From Camelus ferus (Eukaryota): a stretch of 64,000 nucleotides of DNA. The notes below the pieces were generated by a model. The model was not told where the DNA came from, searched no databases, and worked only from the letters and a program-made list of their open reading frames with translations. A program made the translations under genes and the position numbers. Positions within the stretch are counted from its first letter, which is position 1. Each line of letters starts with the position of its first letter. Shown in pieces: positions 1-12,688 of the stretch. The stretch lies in assembly GCF_009834535.1 (NCBI RefSeq), contig NC_045696.1, positions 121,708,001 through 121,772,000 of the forward strand, given 5' to 3'.

Positions 1-416
1 CTCAAAGTCCTCATCTGTAAAATGGGTGTCATGATGCACCCAGGACCCTCCTCACAGCAGGGCACTTGAGGTGTAAGTGGGACTGTGGCCTGGCACATAG
101 CACCTGGCCTGTGGTCACTTCAGACCAATTCCATGGCCTCTGACACATGAACTGGGGGTCTGGCCACCAGGACTCAGCCTGGGGCAGCTCAGTGAAGTGC
201 ACTGAGTGCCTGCTGTATGCACATGGAGGCTAAGGGAGACCCCAGCCTGGGGTTCCCCAGAACTGTGTCCTGTAGGAAGAGACCCACAGAACGGACCTGG
301 GGGGGACAATGTTACCAGCCCCCCAGCCCCCGCCACACTGATGTAGGAAAAATGGACGTGCAGCGTAAGGCAGCGTCCCAGGTCTCGGTTGAGCCCCTGG
401 GACGTGCCCTGCCAAG

Positions 417-1392
417 TGTTGGTCCTTGGCTTCCTACAGTAAAGAATTCAAGAGTGAGCCACAGTTGAGTAAAGGTAGATTCATTTAGAGAGATACATAG
501 TGCAGAGAGCTTAGGCTGTTTCAGAAGGCAAGACGTTGGTGTCGCAGTATCACGTTCACATACACACCGTACGCGGAGAGAGCTGACGGCTACTCTAAAG
601 CCTCACTAAGTTACACAGTCTTACACAGCAAAGAAGAATGATAAGGGGAATGCTTAACAGGCAGCGTCTGGCTCAAGGTCAGAAGACCCTTTCTCTTTTG
701 GTAAATCATGTTCGTGTTGGCACCAGCGAGCCTTACAGTTTATCAGGGCGGAATGTATGAGAAACAGCTGCTTCACAACGTTCTTCTCGGACTCAGGTGG
801 CTGTGCCCGTCTTAGGTTCCCCCTTTGGGGATCTTACCCGTCATTGGCTAACCAGCCTTCTCACCTCTGAGTCTGCAGCTTTTTAGAACTTGTTTACCAT
901 TCCAGCCCAAGGCTCCTTCCTTTGTTCTCACAGTCGGAGGGCTACACAAGAGAAAGGCCAAGAGGTGTCGGAGTTGGGTGCTCAGGTTAGAGTAAAAGTA
1001 GGCACACACTCCACAGGCAGACTGCAGGCCGTTTCCGAAGAGGAGGGAACAAAAAGGGTAGCCACAAAGTGAGATGCTGCCACTTTTTATGGTCTTGTGG
1101 TGGGAGGACCAGTCTAACTAGCCTGAGGAAGGGGCTGGGGTTCCCAGGAAGTGGGCCACTGCCCACTGTGGACCTCCTATGGTCAGCCTTGGAGCTGTCG
1201 TGACACCTGTGGGCATGTTACTCACCATAATGTATTACAAAGGGCGTATAATGAAGCTCAGGGTCTACTAGAAGTCAAATCTCCCATCGTCTTGAGCCTC
1301 AAGGCCTACTGGGGGTTGAATCTTCCACTGTCCTAGTGTTAACTGCTGTCATTCCTCAATGGCTGTGCCCTGCCCCCTTCCCTCCTGTCTCA
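417..1392 (-). mobile_element. ERV 3' LTR, interrupted by a nested solo LTR at 540-932
   Basis: TG...CA termini (tgttgg at 417, tgtctca ending 1392). A polypurine tract (reverse complement GGGGGGAA) lies directly adjacent at 1393-1400, followed by ERV internal sequence. Confidence 0.7.
540..932. mobile_element. nested solo LTR (~393 bp)
   Basis: TG...CA ends flanked by a 5-bp direct repeat, gttgg (535-539) / gtcgg (933-937), differing by one CpG-type change. Confidence 0.6.
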
Positions 1393-3425
1393 TTCCCCCC
1401 TCAGAGATTTTACTCCCATAATCTTATGGGGTTGCAGAGGGGCGAAGGTCTGTCTTCCGAAACTACTTCCAGGCTGAGTAGGGGCGTTGACCCTGCCTAT
1501 CAGGGAGTAAAAATCTCTGAATGCCTAATCTAGGGGCCCAGGGGCAGGGCAGCCTTTCCTTTTTTGCCTCTGAGGGCAGTCATGGGTGGAACCCTGCCAT
1601 AGCCATCATCTGATGCGGGGCTTCTGGAACCCACTGTTTCCAGTGACTTCTGATGTATCTTCTTAAAGATGGAGCACCTTGTAACAGCAGCTTAACAGTC
1701 TATAATGACAAAGACTTATAAGGGATGGTTAAACATCTGTAACTGACAAAGAGAGACGTGTTTACAGTTAGTAGCACTATGACTGACCAAATTTAACTCA
1801 ACATACCAAATACTCCTAGTTAATTTAATATCTACGATGCCTCAGGTTTCCTTGAAAACTTCTCAGAGTTAGCAGGAGCTACAAAGAACTTTTAGAATTT
1901 GTTAAATACTTAAAATCCTGATTATGCATGAAACTCTTTTTTAGTATTTCTTCTTAACAAAACTGTTTTACTGAGAATATACATCTTTTCCACTGCATAC
2001 TAAGTACTTCTTATTTTAGGAGCTTTGATTGGATACATTTAAGCAATGTGAGCTGTTGTAATCACCACTACAGGATGCTATTTGTCTTTTTTACACAAGT
2101 ACCTGAGGTCTTGTGTTGTCAAGCAGGACTAGCTCTCTCCTGGTTCCTCTTGGGGCCTGTAAGTTACAGGCTTTATTCTGGACAGATGGCCCCAACTAGC
2201 AATTCCTCGTAGCTTAACAAGAGCTGATACGTTCCCTTCCATTGTGGCTGCAGCTGGTCTTCAGGGACCCCTCCTTCCAAGGGTTTAGTAAGACAAAGTC
2301 CCCTGACTAGAGGGGGACTTCAACCTTTTCCTCAGCAGGACAGGGCAATGCTTTGCTTCCACGTTCGTGGAGGGCTCTTTGAACTTGGCTCAAGCTAACA
2401 ATGTGGGAGACTAATCTATGGGCCTCCTCATCAAACAGGAAAGCTGAAGTTCAGATAGCCCTTCCATACATCATTTCAAATCGGCTAAGTTTTAAAATTC
2501 CCTTAGGGGCCGTCCTTATTCTTAGAAGGGCTATAGGCAGGAGGGGGACGCAGGTTTCTGAGGTTTCCTGGCACAGCTTAGCAGATGTTCTCTTTAGAAC
2601 ATGATTGGCTTTTTCTACCTTGCCTGAGGATTAGGGACTCCAGGAAGAGTGGAGGCCACAGTTAATACCCAGAGCAGAGGAAACCTGTTGAGTCACCTTG
2701 GCAGTGGAGGAGGGTCCATTATGACTCTGTAAGATTTTGGTAGCCCGAACCTCAGATTTTTTCTTTGAGCATAAATTTTGACACTTGTATTGCTTTTTCT
2801 GTTCTGGTGGGGAAAGCTTCTACCCATCCTGTCAAGGTGTCTATGGATCCCAACAGGTTATTTCCATCCCTTACAAAGGGGCATCTGGGTAAACTCCATT
2901 GGCCAGTCTTCCCCTGGATAAGTGCCTCGATGCCTTTTGGGCAGAAGTCTGGGAGGGCACAGCTCCAGACTCAAAAGCTGTGTCTGGTTTACTAGAGCGT
3001 AACCAGCTCTCCTTGTCCCATTCTGTGTGAAGCCACTTCCATCAGTAACCCACTCTGCAGCGGGCTGCACAGGGGCTCCTCCCTGAGATCTGGGCGGTTA
3101 GAGTGCACTTGCTCCATGGTCTCCACACAGGAGGCAATAAGGGATTCTTGGGATGCGGGATCTGGCATTAGAGTGGCCAGAAGTGAAACCTGACAAACTG
3201 TAAGAGTGCTGTCTGGGGAACCAAGTACTCGCCCACCTGTCGGCCAGTGGTGTCCTTCTGTCTCTAAGACTCCCTATACCTGGTTGGGGGTTAGAACTTC
3301 CAGTGGCTGTCCCAGGGTGCTATTGGCCACATCTACTAACACAGCAGTGGCAGCTACTGTACTAAGACATCCTGGCCATCCAGTTGCCACCTGATCAAGG
3401 GACCTGCTGGTGAGTTTTGGGGCTT
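1393..3425 (-). mobile_element. degenerate ERV1 (gamma-like) internal region: pol connection/RNase H/integrase remnants, 5'-truncated
   Basis: Minus-strand peptides LDQVATGWPGCLSTVAATAVLV (connection), WVTDGSGFTQNGTRRAGYALV (RNase H) and PGEDWPMEFTQMP (integrase PGEDWQxDFT-like). Many stops and deletions. Confidence 0.85.
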
Positions 3426-3929
3426 TCCTTATCATTTGGGTCGCCCTTCCCCCATCACTGTCTCCCACATCACCCATCACAGCAGAGATGGAGCCTCAGG
3501 GTAGTCAGATCTCTGGAACTGGGTGGGAGCACAGCCTTCCTCGCTGGAGGGAACCTTCACTCAGAACAGGCCTCCCCACGGGACGGGACTCCCTTACTCG
3601 GCCCAGACCTACCCTTGTGCAAAGGATCCTGGCCTGGCCCTGTTCTGAACCCCTGGGTTTCCTGTGGGGCCAGCAGGGGCCAGAGTGGCCCAGCTCCAGG
3701 CTGGGAAGAGCCCTTCCCCCCTCCCCCAGTGCCTGGGGAAGTAACACCACTGTAACTCGAGAGCCAACTTGGGAGAACAATTTCTTAGAACCTGGCCTGC
3801 CTCCCCTCCCCCGGCCCAACTGATGGTCCGCCCCAGTCGTCAGGAACCTGTTTACATAGAGATGGACCACCCCCAGAGTTCTGAACCGTCAGTTGTGGCC
3901 CAGAGAACCCTGGCCTCAGAGGCAGAGCT

Positions 3930-5400
3930 GTGGGCCCTGGCAGCCATGGGGGGCCTGCTCCCTGCCCCCAGGCCCACATCCCCACTGATGCTGGTGTGGC
4001 TGTGGTGCGCTCTGCTACTGGTTTGGGAAAGCCTGACTCTGGTGTTTCCCTGGTGTCTGTGCTGGGGCTGGTGTTTCTACTACGGAGAAGGTATATGTCC
4101 CAAAGTGGGGAGATAACAGGCGAGGCATGCTCTTCCCACGACGAAGACTCTACAACAAACCAAGAGTGCTGGACCCATGACCCAGGCCCATGGAGCCGGC
4201 AGGCTGCCCAGCGGGGAGGCCAGCCCTCCCTTCTTACAGACTTCGTGCTTCTCGTCTACGAACACAACCTGAGGAAGTCATCATTTCAGGGCATTGCAGA
4301 CTTTATGGAAAAGGCTCAGAAGAATCCACCTCCTGAAATCTCCCAAGTGACTGGTGAGAAAACAAGCGTCCAAGCACCTAAGAGGACTTGGAAGCAGCTT
4401 CAGCAGAGACGGAGGAATGACCTGAAGGAAAACGCTCTTTCTCCACAAACGCAGGCGGTGCTGGACCAAGGTATCACCACATGGAAGCAGCGAGTCGAAG
4501 AGGAGGAGGGGAAAGAAAGGCTGGTGGGTGCGAACGCGCGGAGAGAGCGGGCCACGGAGGACAAGGCCACCAAGCTAAAGTCCCTGACTGAGCGCCTGCT
4601 GAGGGCCACCCCCCGGCCCAGGATCCTGGGACACAGCAGGGCGGACGGCAGTGCCAGAGGCCAGCAGGGCGCAGGGACGGCACACAGCCCCCCATCTGTC
4701 CCTTGGCCAGAAGGGGACCTCAGGTTGTCCGGGGTGACATCAGACTGTCCCATCCAGATCCTGAGCTGGAGCCTCAAGGAAGAGCCAGAGAAGTGGGGGA
4801 AGAAAAGTGGATGAGTGCACAGCTGGCAGGACAAACAGCCAGTCTACAGGAGGGGGAAGCAGGTCTGCGGCAAGAGAGCGCCCAGCTCGACAGTGAGATT
4901 CAGCAGCTGCGCCAGAGCCTCCAGATGCTGCCCGCAGTCCACGTGCATCACCTGACTCAGCTTCAGGACACATGGTGCCAGGACAAAACGTGCTGCTCAG
5001 AAGTGGAGAGGAAGCTGGCCGCCGCGAGCAGACAGGTGACCTCCATGCAGCTACTCCGCAGTGTCTACAAGCAGATGGCCGAGGCCCTGGGCCAGCACTG
5101 GGAGGAAACCCACCCCCCTACCATCGGAAGAGCCTCTTCATGGAGAAGAGAGCCCGGAAGAGCTGGATGGCAGCCGTTGGGACGGACAGAAAGCTCAAGG
5201 AGCTCAGAGAAGACAGCCAGCACCACAGGCAGGCGCTGCGGGTCCAGGGCAACCCCTGGCCCTTCCTGTGGGGCCCTGGTGCTCCGGCTGCCCTGGCCGC
5301 CACCACCAGGGGGCCAGAGGTGGGGGCTCCAGGAACCAGGCCTCCAGCAAGGACGACGGTCTACCCGTGAGGGCTCAGGGCTCCAGGGTCACCCTCAATT
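3930..5400 (+). pseudogene. intronless cTAGE/MIA2-family-like retrocopy, frameshifted
   Basis: A hydrophobic N-terminal segment is followed by coiled-coil fragments. SAQLDSEIQQLRQSLQMLP...EVERKL...YKQMAEALGQ and, after a frameshift near 5115, YHRKSLFMEKRARKSWMAAVGTDRKLKELREDSQHHRQAL resemble the recalled CTAGE5 segments FENENQKLQQKLKVM and [40 protein letters not shown]. No introns seen. Confidence 0.7.
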
Positions 5401-6779
5401 TTCTGTGGAAGAACAAGAGCCTCTAATTGGAAATCTTCTCCCACAAGTCCTTCTGATGCAGAGTCCCTGGGATGCAGCCTGCACGTGCACTGTGGACCAG
5501 AGGTGGACAACAGTCTTCTGCTTCGATTCCAGGGCACTTGCGGTGTAAGAAGACGCTGAGACTCAGGACACAACGTGAGACATGAAGCTGCTGTGTCTGC
5601 AAGGGGCTCGGGGAAGACGGCGCAGCAGGAGGCCAAGGCAGGAGGGCGTCGTTCTGGGCCCCCTGGGAGACTCTGACCCACTTTTTGCAGGTGGGGCCTA
5701 GACATCTGTATTTTCCCAAGTTCCCATGTGGGTTCTGTGTCCAGCAGGGATGGGGATACTGCCCAGGGCGTTGGTGTGGTTGTCCACTGATTCAGCGTTG
5801 GGGCCCTGTCTTTCCATGGCCCGTGTTCCAGACATTACAGTTTTTTCATTAAAAGGATTTACTTCTAGAACATCTTTGGGTACACAGCCTAATTGACTTA
5901 ACGGTACTGAGAGTTCGCCTCTATACCCAGTCCTTACACACTCAAAACTTTCAACACTGGGAGAGGTGGCACATTCGTGACATCAGTGACTTACACATCA
6001 CCACCACCCTGAGTTCACAGTCATACCCGGCAGGGCTCACTCTTGCTGCAGTGACTTCTGTGCATTTGGACAGAGGCACAGCAACCCGTGCGGGTGGAGA
6101 GAGGTTCTGCCGTTAGAGTAGCTGCCAGGTGTCCTCCCACAAGGCATGTCCACCGGGAAGAGCCTTCTGTGCTGCTGCCTGTCCCCTCATCACACGGGCT
6201 CACAGAATTGTTAACTATGGGGCATTTAGTATCAGGCCACAACCTGCGGGCTCACGGAGAAGGTTCCAAGGGCAGCACTGCGCATCTCCCTTTGCGAGGG
6301 TGCTTTGACAGTGCGGCCCTTTGCGCCCCAGCAGCGCCCTGTGGGCTCACGGAGAAGGAGGCTGCTCTGGCTGCTTGCTCCAGCCCTCCTCCTTGTGCTC
6401 GCCACAGTGCAGCTCTCCATGGTGGACCCAGGCTCTTTTGTGCACACTCCCATCCCTTCCAAGGCTGCTTCTGTGCAGTCAACCCCAGGTCTCTCCCCGG
6501 ATCCGTCCTCTGAAGCCCAAGCTCCAGCACCCCGTCCCAGCCCACTCTGCGGGCTTACGTCTCGGGTTAGGGATCACAGGGACCTTCTGTGACGACTTCT
6601 CTCTGTCCTGCCTGCCAAGCGGCTGCTGCTTTCTCCTCGGAGCCTCCAAGGCTCCCTCTGTCCCCGATGACCTCCCCACTGCGGCGGGGCTTCCCAGGGG
6701 GAGGGCGATTTTCCTCCTTGGCCGCTCCCGCTCCTTTCCCCTTCCCCGGGGAGGAGGTCCTGTCCCAGTTTCTTTTTTC

Positions 6780-6955
6780 TTTTTTTAACTCCTACCCAGT
6801 TTTGGGAAGATTTTCCTTGTAGTCCCTCTTGTACCATACTTCCTGTCAGAGTTCAGCAGGCATTCTCTGAGAACTGTTACACATGCAGATGTGCTTCTGA
6901 TATATTTGTGGGAGACAGTGAGCCCCATGTCCTTCTATTCCACCATCTGGAAGCC
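6780..6955 (-). mobile_element. old L1 5'-end fragment
   Basis: Reverse complement begins ccagatggtggaatagaaggacatggggctcac, typical of L1M 5' ends. The left boundary is uncertain. Confidence 0.45.
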
Positions 6956-7579
6956 CCTCCCTGACACCAATTTCTAAATTGAATTCTTATTAAATACTGT
7001 TTCCATGTTCTCCACTTTATAAGTAGATGAGCTGAAATTTTTATGACTTGTGATTCTCACAAGGAACCCTCTAATACCTAACAAAATGAACCTAAACATC
7101 GGAATCTAAAGGTCATTTTTTATGGGTGTGATTCTCATTATGTTTTCCCTAAGGGTATTCTCTCTTTTAAAAATACCAAAAAATGGACAATCTGCCAACT
7201 AACCAGAATAACACTACCATTTTTAAATGATACAATTCTGGATATTTTGGAAATGTCTGCACTATAAACAAAATTTACATCTTGGAATATACACGTTTTA
7301 CTTTCTACAGCAATAAACAAAGACAGCTAATCAGCAGAAAAGGGAGTTTGGTCCTGTGCAGACATGAATCTCCTTTAGCAAGTAGCAGGATGGTGCAGAA
7401 GGTAAAAATAAAAAAGGAATTTATGGTAAAAATTTTTAAAAGGAATATATGGCCTTTTAGTTAAAAAGATCTAAATTCTAATCAATGCTCCCTGACTTAC
7501 TATTTCTGTAATTCTGAACAAGTTTTTTGAACAAATTTATTTAACCACTCTGTTATGGGTGTGGTAGAATAACTTAGCT

Positions 7580-8050
7580 AGGAGCCAGACCTTGCTGTAT
7601 CGTGCCTCATTTGTGCTTTTTACCAGCTGAAGGACTGTGGCAACCCTGCCCGGAGCAAGCCTGCTGGCACCAGTTTTCCAACAGCAGTTGCTCAGTCTGT
7701 ATCTGGGAGACTTTCTAGTAAAGCTCGCTCTCTCTCAAACTGCCTCATTGCCACTGTATTTCTCGTGGTGATCTGGGACCAGTGATCTTGATGATACCAC
7801 TGCAGAAAGCTTACAACTCACTGAAAGCTCAGATGGTGGTTAAGTGTTCTCTAGTAATAACATATTTTAAAGCTCAGGTATGTACATGTTTTAAGACATA
7901 ATGCAACTGCGCAAGAGACCACTGGATCATGTAAACATAACCTTTATATGCACTGGGAAACCAAAGCATTCCTGTGACCAGCTTCCCTGCAGTAGCTGCT
8001 TTACTGTGGTGATCTAGAACTGAACCCACGATGTCCCCAAGGTCTGCCTG
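7580..8050 (+). mobile_element. internally deleted Tigger1-type DNA transposon
   Basis: Left part gaaggactgtggcaaccctgcc...gagcaagc...ttttccaacagca and right end gaactgaacccacgatgtccccaaggtctgcctg(ta) match recalled Tigger1 ends. Confidence 0.75.
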
Positions 8051-8569
8051 TAGGCCATGCACAGAGCAGAGAAAGGGGCCACGGGACCCACAGACGGTAA
8101 GGCTGCAAGCAGGCTGCAGCAATGTTTGGGGAGAGGTCTCTGACTATGTGATGGAAGAGTCAGTACTTAACTCACTACAGAGACAAGATCTTAACTACAA
8201 CAATAAACTGGTTAAACATTTTGAACACAACTGATAGCAAGTTGGAGGTATCTGAATAGGAAACAGTCTCTGCCCTGGTGTGGATTCTGGAAGCCATTTC
8301 AGCCCCATGAAGGTTCTCCCCTATTATCAGAGCAGGAGGGCATAGACAGAATAAGGTTGGGCAGCAGACACCTAATCGAGCACAAGCCTGCACACAGAAT
8401 GTGCTCTCAGGAGGTCACTGCTTGGGGATGAAGAAGAGCTCAGGGAGCCAGGACTCAAAGTAGGATCCTCGTTTCATTTTGACCTGCTTGGTTTGTAGTA
8501 AACCTTCAGTTCCCATCTCCTGTCCCAGCGGGGATCTGTCATAATGCGGTCACTGCGCTAGCCACTCAC

Positions 8570-8716
8570 CGGCATTAACATGCAGTACATTCCAGCCACG
8601 CCATGGGCCACGCCAGCATACTGCTTCCTGCGCCACTGATACAACAGGGGATGGCGCTCAGCCTTCTTTTCTTCCCTCGATGAAGTCTTGCCCGATTTAA
8701 TAACAGCAGCGACTGC
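8570..8716 (-). pseudogene. LANCL2: LANCL2 pseudo-exon 5 (147 bp)
   Basis: AVAAVIKSGKTSSREEKKAERHPLLYQWRRKQYAGVAHGVAGMYCMLMP versus recalled VVNAIIESGKTLSREERKTERCPLLYQWHRKQYVGAAHGMAGIYYMLMQ. Splice sites tag| and |gtgagt. Confidence 0.92.
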
Positions 8717-9044
8717 CTACGGAGATGAGACAGCACAAGTCCAAAAACTTAAATCTGTTTTAGTCTAATTAAAAATAACAATACATCTTTATACAGACAG
8801 GTGACTTAATGTAAAAATCTTTAGTTAGTAGCCAACACTTATCTTTATTTTATAAATTAATAAATATAGGCAGAGAGAAATCAGAAGACAATCTCAATAG
8901 AAAAAGATACTAAGTAGACCCAAGAACTCAAAAGGTCTTTGTATGAAGAGCTTACTAGAATCTAGAAAAGCTTCCTATTAAAACTATCCTAGACTTCTTA
9001 GTTGCTTTGTAGCTTCAATGTTTCCTCCAAAGGACTGGCAAATA

Positions 9045-9359
9045 CAGTCTGCCCTCTGTATCCACTGCGGGTTCCACATCCACAGGTTCAATGAGCCTCA
9101 GATCAAAAGTATTGGGGGAAAAAAATCCAGAAATTTCCCAAAAGCAAAACTTGAATTTACTGCACACGTGCAACTATTTACCTAGCATTTATATTAAGTA
9201 TTACATGCAATCTAGAGATGATTTAAAATACAGGGGAGGGTGTGTGCAGGTTATATGCAAATACTACACCACTTTACATAAGGGACCTTAACACCCCAGG
9301 ATTCTGGTATAGGAGAGGATTCCTGGAACCAATCCCCAGCAGGTGCTGAGGGGTGACTG
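9045..9359. mobile_element. MER2-like TcMar-Tigger non-autonomous element
   Basis: Terminal inverted repeats cagtctgccctc ... gaggggtgactg with MER2-like internal sequence. Confidence 0.65.
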
Positions 9360-10060
9360 CACATCTTCCAAGGCTGGAGGAACTGGCTTTATTCATGAAA
9401 GGCTAAGAAATGAGGTGTATTGCAGGATTCTAGTTAGAACAAAAGAAGAACATCACATCTGTAATGATTATGTGGCAAAGACATTAACTGTTTCTTCATA
9501 TCCTCTGCCCTGTCTATTCTTGCTAACAATGCTCTAACTTTTAGCTGGGCATCTGGCCTCAGAGATACAGACAGCCAGACACAGTCATCTGACTGAGGTC
9601 TGGAAGTGGAACATGAGCAGAAAGGAGGTGGGCAACTTCCAGTCGGCCTTAAAAAGGAAAGTGCTCACCCTTCAACCCCTCACCACCCTGGGGGCTGCAG
9701 GTGCTCAGCTGCCTTTGGTCATGCAGAGAAGGGCATGGCCCTAAAATAAGGTGGAGCGAGACAGAAGAATTGTATTTGCCTGGACTGCCCAGCTGAGCTG
9801 TTCAGAGACCCCGTGAAAGAGAAATAAACATTCTTTCTGAAGCTGCTGTTGTTTGGTTCTAGTAAAAACGGCTGAATTAATACAGACCTAATTAAAAAAA
9901 AAAAATCCCTGATAGGAGAAAAAGGGGCTGTTTATGAATCTGATGAGATGCCTTAGGAAATTACTCCCACCTAGAAGCAGAATCCAGCCACTCCTATAAC
10001 TCTGTGCAAGCAGCCAGGGGGATGGGGCAGGACTCTGCAGGCGGCAGGATCCCACAGTAC

Positions 10061-10208
10061 CTCTCTGACAGCTGACTCGCACAGGGCGTCGGGACCCATC
10101 TCCAAGTTCACGTAGAGTAAGGCGTACAGATAACCGGCCTGTCCATAGAGCAGCTCGCTGGGAAGGTCTGAATCCTGGCAGGCGATGGTTCTCTGGAGCT
10201 GCAAAAGT
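10061..10208 (-). pseudogene. LANCL2: LANCL2 pseudo-exon 4 (148 bp), acceptor mutated
   Basis: LLQLQRTIACQDSDLPSELLYGQAGYLYALLYVNLEMGPDALCESAVRE. Donor gtactg is intact, but the acceptor reads CG instead of AG (10210-10209). Confidence 0.92.
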
Positions 10209-11018
10209 CGACCCAACAAGAAAAATTCTGTTTTCCCAGAGAATGTCTAAAATAACTGTTCCTGAAGCTACAAGTAACCCTATCACTTTGGAAGTTACCT
10301 ATTATTTACTTTTAATTTAAATCTTATTTTAAAAATACAAAAAAAAACCCATGGAAAACAACAAAAACTTCCCCACTACAAAACCAAATTTCTCTCAAAA
10401 TTAATAAAAAATTCTTTGTTTAAAAGTTCTACATTTATATCTAAAATGTGTAAGATATATACATCTGAACCATGTAAGGTGCTCCAAACTATATAAAACA
10501 CTCAATTTTGAAATTTAGAAATACAAGGAAGTGCTTTAAAATCTTAAGGAAAATGTTACCAAAATGTAGCCAATGTTTGGAAATCAGCTTGAATCATCTC
10601 ATCGTTAACAAACATTAACTGATTGGCACCTGCCAAACATGCTTCCAGACCATGGCAGTGCGCCCTGATTTCTGCTGCTTCAAGAGAATACGAACCAACA
10701 GGGTGCAATAAAAGTTCACAATCTCTAATTGTTTCATAGACAATCATAGTGCATCAAAGGTGTACAAGCTAATTTTCACGCACTGAAGGCAACCAAAAAC
10801 TGCTTAGGAGAAACCATGTTTAGTCCGCCCTCAGATCAAGGCAAACACATGCTAGGACAGAAAGGGAGCATGTGATCTAGATTAGTACACAAACTCCTCG
10901 CTTCTTGCAGAGACCTGTTTGCAAGAGTAGACGAATTAAAAACTAATTTTGTTTTTTAATCTCTTTCTACAGCAAGACGGAGAAACTGGAGAAAGTACTT
11001 TCAGCTTTAATAACTCAC

Positions 11019-11225
11019 TTTGTGATGCACCCCTAGGACTCGCAATCACTTTTAAGTTATGATGTACCACAGCTCGGAAGGCAAAGGGCCCAGCATCTCC
11101 ACAGAGGAAAGTGCGGCTCCAGCTGTGCAGATTCCGAAGTGTTCTCTTTCCGTGGTCCAGGGATCGCAGCAGACAGGTCTGGTCACAAGCGACCCGGTAC
11201 AGCTGCAGGCACAAAAGGGCTATGC
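11019..11225 (-). pseudogene. LANCL2: LANCL2 pseudo-exon 3 (207 bp), frameshift and stop
   Basis: GIALLCLQLYRVACDQTCLLRSLDHGKRTLRNLHSWSRTFLCGDAGP. A 1-nt deletion lies near 11057 and a TAG at 11035-11033 in the original frame. Splice sites cag| and |gtgagt. Confidence 0.92.
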
Positions 11226-11886
11226 CTGGAGGATTCGCCCGCCCCAAAAGAAAAGCATTACTGCCTTTCCTTTTTACCTTCAGAACATTATTTTATGATT
11301 ACATGAAAAGCCTACATAAAGCCTATGTTACAGAAGAGGCAACATCAAACAACTTACATGTTTCCTAACAATGAAAAAAAAAAAAAACTCAGGATAGAAA
11401 AAAGCTAAAATAAGTTTAAAGGTGTTACATTGCTCATTGTTCTGACACAGAGAGGCGGTGCCTCCAGACAAGGGAAGCACAGACCTACTACTCGTCTGTG
11501 TCCATAGCCTCCCAGGGCCACGTCGCCAAGGAAGGACCGCAGCTCCGTGCCGGCGAAAGGCGCGCATAGGCGCCCGGTCCCCGGGGCCCCTGCCGCGGGA
11601 CCCAGGCCTCAACCCGGGAGGAGGATGGGGGGTTTGAAAAGGAGGGCGGGAGTCAGGACGGGGTGGGGATGTGGAGGCTGGAGTGGGTTGGCAGGTGAAT
11701 GCCAGGGGGAGGGTGAGCTTGGGACTCTCAAATAATTGGGGGAGGGGGAAGGCACAGGAGGAGGCCACTGGAGGCTGTGGCAAGAGCCCACGGCTAGTGT
11801 CAGAGCGTGATGGGGCACAGGATAGAGAGGGGCGCTGGCACTCTTTCAGGAAGCTTCTGATGAGACAGAGAACAGTGGGACACTAG

Positions 11887-12688
11887 GTTGAAAAGTATCA
11901 AGGTTTAGGAAAATTCATTTCTTACATATAGAAAAGAAACAAATAGAAAAGGTAAAGATTGCAGATGTCAAGTGACCCTGAATGCCAAGTACCCTCAGCC
12001 CAGGGTCCCCTCCTGGAGGTCGCACAGGCCACCTCAAATTCAAACAGTCCAGACAAAGCTGTCTTCCCAATCAGAAGGGAGCCCAGGGATCGTCTTGGTC
12101 TCTTTGCCTGCACCCCACCCCCCATATCAAATCAATGAGCTGTCCCGAACTTCTCCTAAATATCCCTCAGCGTCCATTTGTAACAGAGAACAGATCCGGC
12201 TCCATACTGGATCTGTTCCTTTAGTTTTGACCATTGTGCCCTGTTTTCTACTCTTGCCAGCTCTGCACCTTTTATGAAACAATGTTGCCTTTAGCCTGAA
12301 ATACACAGGAGAGCCTATTCTGGGAGCTCTGACCTTGAAGGATGTTAGCACTTCTGCACTTAGATAGAAACACAAGTTGCAAGATAGAGAATAACCTTTG
12401 TTTTGTTGGAGGTTTGCAGGGACACCATGGCCTGACCTACATGGACAGCTGCAAGAACAAAGAATTCCTGCAGCAAGAAGTTTGCAGCAACAAACCACAC
12501 TCCCTCCCCTGTTTTTTGTATTAAAGGAGCCTGTATTCTGACTGCAGGATGGTTCTCCAAGACATTAGTCCGCCGTCCTCTTGGTCTGCCCGCTTTCTGA
12601 ATAAAGTCGCTTTTCCTTGCTCCAACACCTCCTCTCTAATTTATTGGCCTGTTGTGCAGCGAGCAGAACAAGTTGGAACTCAGTAACA
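11887..12688 (+). mobile_element. ERV solo LTR
   Basis: AATAAA at about 12600 and a typical U5 end (ggaactcagtaaca). The 5' boundary is approximate. Confidence 0.6.
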
